Assembly: GCA_046757165.1 (NCBI GenBank)
Contig: JBHHXT010000001.1
Span: forward strand, 1 to 64,000
Direction of reading: 5' to 3'
Origin: a bacterium
GTDB taxonomy: Bacteria; Zhuqueibacterota; Zhuqueibacteria; Oceanimicrobiales; Oceanimicrobiaceae
DNA length: 64,000 nucleotides
Each line of letters begins with the position of its first letter. Position 1 is the first letter of the stretch. Shown piece by piece: positions 61,080-64,000 of this stretch. The notes under the pieces are model-generated. The model did not search any database and was not told the DNA's origin. It worked only from the letters and a program-made list of their open reading frames with translations. A program made the position numbers and the translations under genes.

Positions 61080-62294
61080 TCAGCGTCCACCAATATTCTC
61101 GGAAATATCGCCAAACCCCAGGTAGTCGTCCACAACCTGCTCCGAAATGTCAAACTCTCTTTGAGAAATCTCAACGGATTTGGGATAAAGTTCAGCCAGC
61201 ATTTCTACTGCCTGGATCACCTGAGATTCATCGATCGCAAGACACTGAGCGAGAGCGCCTTTGAGGGCAAGGTACCGGTTTCCGATCGGCTTCCATTGAT
61301 GTGGGTCCAGATCACCAAACAACCCCACCAGAGGCACGCCGGCAGCAGCCGCCAGGTGCATCATATCCAGGTCGCAGCACACGAAGACATTGCAGCAGCT
61401 TATCAAAGCTGCCTGCTCCCGCAATCCCAGGTCAGACCCTTCGATGGGTATGAAGGGTAAGCTGTCCACGAATTGCTGGACTCGTTCCCGTCCGGGCCCA
61501 GACCAGAAAACCACGATTCTGGCACCGTACTTCATGCTGAGATGTCTGGCGACATTGACATATCTGTGTATCTGCCATGTACATCCTGCATCGCCGGAGT
61601 CGATGTGGATCCCCAAAACAAACTCCCTGTATTTGACACCCCTTTCAAGCAAGTACTCGATCGCGTTGTTGCTTTCATCGCTGGTAAATGTCAGGCCCGT
61701 GTGACAGCCTGCAGGTTTCACACCGATGTAGTTGACAATGTCCAGGCCTCGCTCTACCTGGTGCTCGAGCCGCCTCGAATGGGGGGCGAGCAGATTGTAG
61801 AAGAAGTTCTCACGACACCCTTCAAAAACCAGGTGGTCAGAACCGAGAACAAACCTGGCACAGCTCAACTTCGCCAACAGGTCGGAGGTAAACGAGTGGC
61901 AGAAGGTACTAAGCACGATGGCCAGATCGAACCGGCTTCTCAACCCTCCCGAAAAACATCGAACGCAACCAAACAACCAATTTGCACTTCCCGGAGGAAA
62001 GCTGATCACCTCGTCAACACAATCCTCGTGCATCAACACGGCAGCCTGGGGAGAGCGCGCAACAACTGCAATGTGAGCATAGGGAATGGCGCGTCTCACG
62101 GCCCGGAAGGCCGGGATAGACAGCAGTAGATCACACAACCGGTCGTGTTGTTGAACAAAGAGGATACGCTTGATTTTCCGAAGCGATACATCAGAAGCAG
62201 AAAATCTCGCACGCCTCAGTCGTCTCTCGAGTAGCCTTAGCAAGGTCAGTCGGAGTGCACGCTTCAGCCTCGTCGTAGCACTCATAGCAGGCAT
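61080..62294 (-). CDS. Glycosyltransferase family 9 (ADP-heptose:LPS heptosyltransferase-like)
   Basis: RILFVQQHDRLCDLLLSIPAFRAVRR, RFDLAIVL, HQVE, D.DMMHLAAAAGVPLVGLFG...WKP. Confidence 0.85.
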   Translation of the reverse strand: MPAMSATTRLKRALRLTLLRLLERRLRRARFSASDVSLRKIKRILFVQQHDRLCDLLLSIPAFRAVRRAIPYAHIAVVARSPQAAVLMHEDCVDEVISFPPGSANWLFGCVRCFSGGLRSRFDLAIVLSTFCHSFTSDLLAKLSCARFVLGSDHLVFEGCRENFFYNLLAPHSRRLEHQVERGLDIVNYIGVKPAGCHTGLTFTSDESNNAIEYLLERGVKYREFVLGIHIDSGDAGCTWQIHRYVNVARHLSMKYGARIVVFWSGPGRERVQQFVDSLPFIPIEGSDLGLREQAALISCCNVFVCCDLDMMHLAAAAGVPLVGLFGDLDPHQWKPIGNRYLALKGALAQCLAIDESQVIQAVEMLAELYPKSVEISQREFDISEQVVDDYLGFGDISENIGGR

Positions 62295-62390
62295 CCTTCC
62301 TTAGAATTTTCCAGAAATAGTGAGACTGTAAGGCTAACCTAAAGATGCTGTTTCTCTCACCTTGTTTTTGTCAAACAGGGTCAACAGCAA

Positions 62391-63512
62391 CTACGCAGAC
62401 ACGGCTCCTTGTTTGTGTTGCGAAGTTGTTGTCCCCAAACCCGCGAGCGTGTGAATTTTGGTTACGACCTCCACACTATTATGGTGTTTTTCAACCCAGG
62501 CTCTGCCGCGCCGGCCGAGCTCCTGCCTCAAAGACGGACTTTGAATGAGTTCAACCAACTTGTCCTCGAGATTGGATTCATTGACCAGGACGAAGGGATG
62601 GTCAGAATAGCTCGCTTCAAATCCTCTTGCGAGACACGAGCAGGTCGGAATTCCCATCGCCAGAGACTCCAATGAATTGAGGCCGTACCCCAAATCGCCC
62701 AGTTGATCGACAAATATGTGACATTGCGCCTTTCTTTGCAGGCTTTCAGCATGCGAAACGTTTTCGATCAGCACCAATTCCACCGGGTAATCTGACTTCA
62801 ACGATTCAACGGTTGCGATCACCACATCACTGCCCTTGGCTTTCCGGTTGGTCGGCGCATGTCCAATTCTGATAGGGTCCGAAATGGGCTCAGGTCGTAG
62901 CTGGTAAGGTTCGGTTTCGAATGGGAAGAATACGTGGAAGATGTTCGGATGGAGTTGTAAATGGTCATACTCGAGCGTGACATTCAGATCTGAAAGAGCT
63001 TCGATCGCGGGGATAACGCCTCGCGTTCGTAGGTCACTACCGGTGTAGCAGCAGATAATTTTCTTGCCGAGCGATTTCAACTTTTCTACAATTCGACCAT
63101 CTCGATAGAATTCCAGCCCGCCATCCAACTGAATGACATCAAACTCACAAAACTCTATTCTCTCCAGACACGGCAGAATTCGGAATCCCCAGAACCATTC
63201 TCGCAACCGCACTAACGCATGCTCAGCAGGCCCGTTCGCCTGCCAAGCAAGAGGCAGACTCTTTCTTTCAACCACCTGGTTGCTCACCGTCAACCTGCTG
63301 GGATGCGAAACGAATTTTTTGATCAACCGCGTGCCGCTGAAATCGAGGAAGGGCAAATCCAGACAAATGTCCTCGGCGTAGTTTCTCCTGTCTCTCCCCA
63401 GGGTGACCAGCCGGCTCGTGTGGCCAAGCTTCCTTTCAGCACGAACAAAAGTGATTGGGACTCCGGAGGTGTTAAAAGGAGCAATATGTAGAATTTTCAA
63501 AACCATCGACAA
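62391..63512 (-). CDS. GT-B glycosyltransferase (GT4-like)
   Basis: KILHIA, YTGSDLR, IGHAPTNRKAKGS, FVDQL..GYGLNSLESLAMGIP, RQELGRRGRAWVEKHH. Confidence 0.85.
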   Translation of the reverse strand: MSMVLKILHIAPFNTSGVPITFVRAERKLGHTSRLVTLGRDRRNYAEDICLDLPFLDFSGTRLIKKFVSHPSRLTVSNQVVERKSLPLAWQANGPAEHALVRLREWFWGFRILPCLERIEFCEFDVIQLDGGLEFYRDGRIVEKLKSLGKKIICCYTGSDLRTRGVIPAIEALSDLNVTLEYDHLQLHPNIFHVFFPFETEPYQLRPEPISDPIRIGHAPTNRKAKGSDVVIATVESLKSDYPVELVLIENVSHAESLQRKAQCHIFVDQLGDLGYGLNSLESLAMGIPTCSCLARGFEASYSDHPFVLVNESNLEDKLVELIQSPSLRQELGRRGRAWVEKHHNSVEVVTKIHTLAGLGTTTSQHKQGAVSA

Positions 63513-63594
63513 AACAACATGGGTGTAGGAGGTCTGGCAAGAAGTCTGCTTCGCAACATATCACTAACGGAAAATACAAAAACTTGCGAAAATG

Positions 63595-64000
63595 TCAAAC
63601 CTTTTTTATCAAAGTGTCCCGAAAAACCCCCAGCGCGCCAAATCCCTCCTTAAAGCGTGCCAGTCCCCAGTTCGGTTTCATGTTGACGGTGAAGATGCCA
63701 AAATCGAGAAATTTGATCTGCTTGCTGATGGCCCACCGAATCACCTCATAAAAAAGAAGGTTGACCCCCCGATGCTGCTGCAATTCCTCGCGGTGGCTGA
63801 TGTAGAAAGCCAGGGCCACCCTCTCATTACACTCGAACACGACAATGCCAGCCATCATCTCGCCGTCTCTTTGCGCAGCGAAGAGCCTGATTTTCTCTGG
63901 GAACAACTGCTTGAGCAGCAGCAGCTCGTCCAGCGAGTGCGTCGGGCGAACGTTGTGGCGCATCTGCAAGTTCTTCTTCAGAATGTCGTAGAAAGTGGAG
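63595..64000 (-). CDS. GNAT/FemAB-like acyltransferase (5'-truncated)
   Basis: The frame stays open to the window edge (STFYDILKKNLQMRHNVRPTHS...). Motifs AGIVVF, AFYIS, NLLFYEVI, FLDFG and GLARFKEGFGA. Confidence 0.85.
   Translation of the reverse strand, partial: STFYDILKKNLQMRHNVRPTHSLDELLLLKQLFPEKIRLFAAQRDGEMMAGIVVFECNERVALAFYISHREELQQHRGVNLLFYEVIRWAISKQIKFLDFGIFTVNMKPNWGLARFKEGFGALGVFRDTLIKKV

Noticed and set aside
60859..61174. Small minus-strand ORFs (63 aa and 92 aa) in the GT9-CBS spacer
   Set aside because: They have no recognisable motifs or convincing RBS, and one overlaps the GT9 gene; the spacer is better treated as non-coding.

Overview
Positions 1-46.4 kb hold a tandem array of four paralogous giant secreted-protein genes, all on the minus strand: 2472 aa, 5812 aa, 4914 aa, and a fourth gene starting at 6173. 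The fourth is missing from the ORF track because it runs off the left edge (>2057 aa). All four have a signal peptide, a conserved ~390-aa uncharacterised head domain (probably a beta-propeller) and a stalk of Asp/Thr-rich ~96-aa Ig/cadherin-like repeats. The three complete genes continue into DNRLRE/CBM96-like modules and a T9SS-type/FlgD-Ig C-terminal domain ending in LQK. Stalk length (manual counts 10, 25, 40) and module spacing differ between paralogs. Upstream on the same strand lie a membrane-tailed serine hydrolase and a GT-C glycosyltransferase/polysaccharide-deacetylase fusion, preceded by a near-consensus sigma54 promoter. The right 12 kb is housekeeping and envelope genes: csp, YbfF-like esterase, thiI, a hypothetical, M61 peptidase, S8 protease, FAH, CBS, GT9, a GT4-like enzyme and a GNAT. 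Non-coding features include two copies of a REP-like doublet, a perfect 27-bp inverted repeat and a candidate ~190-nt structured RNA. The C-terminal domain style suggests a non-Bacteroidota FCB-type bacterium such as KSB1 or Calditrichota (inference only).
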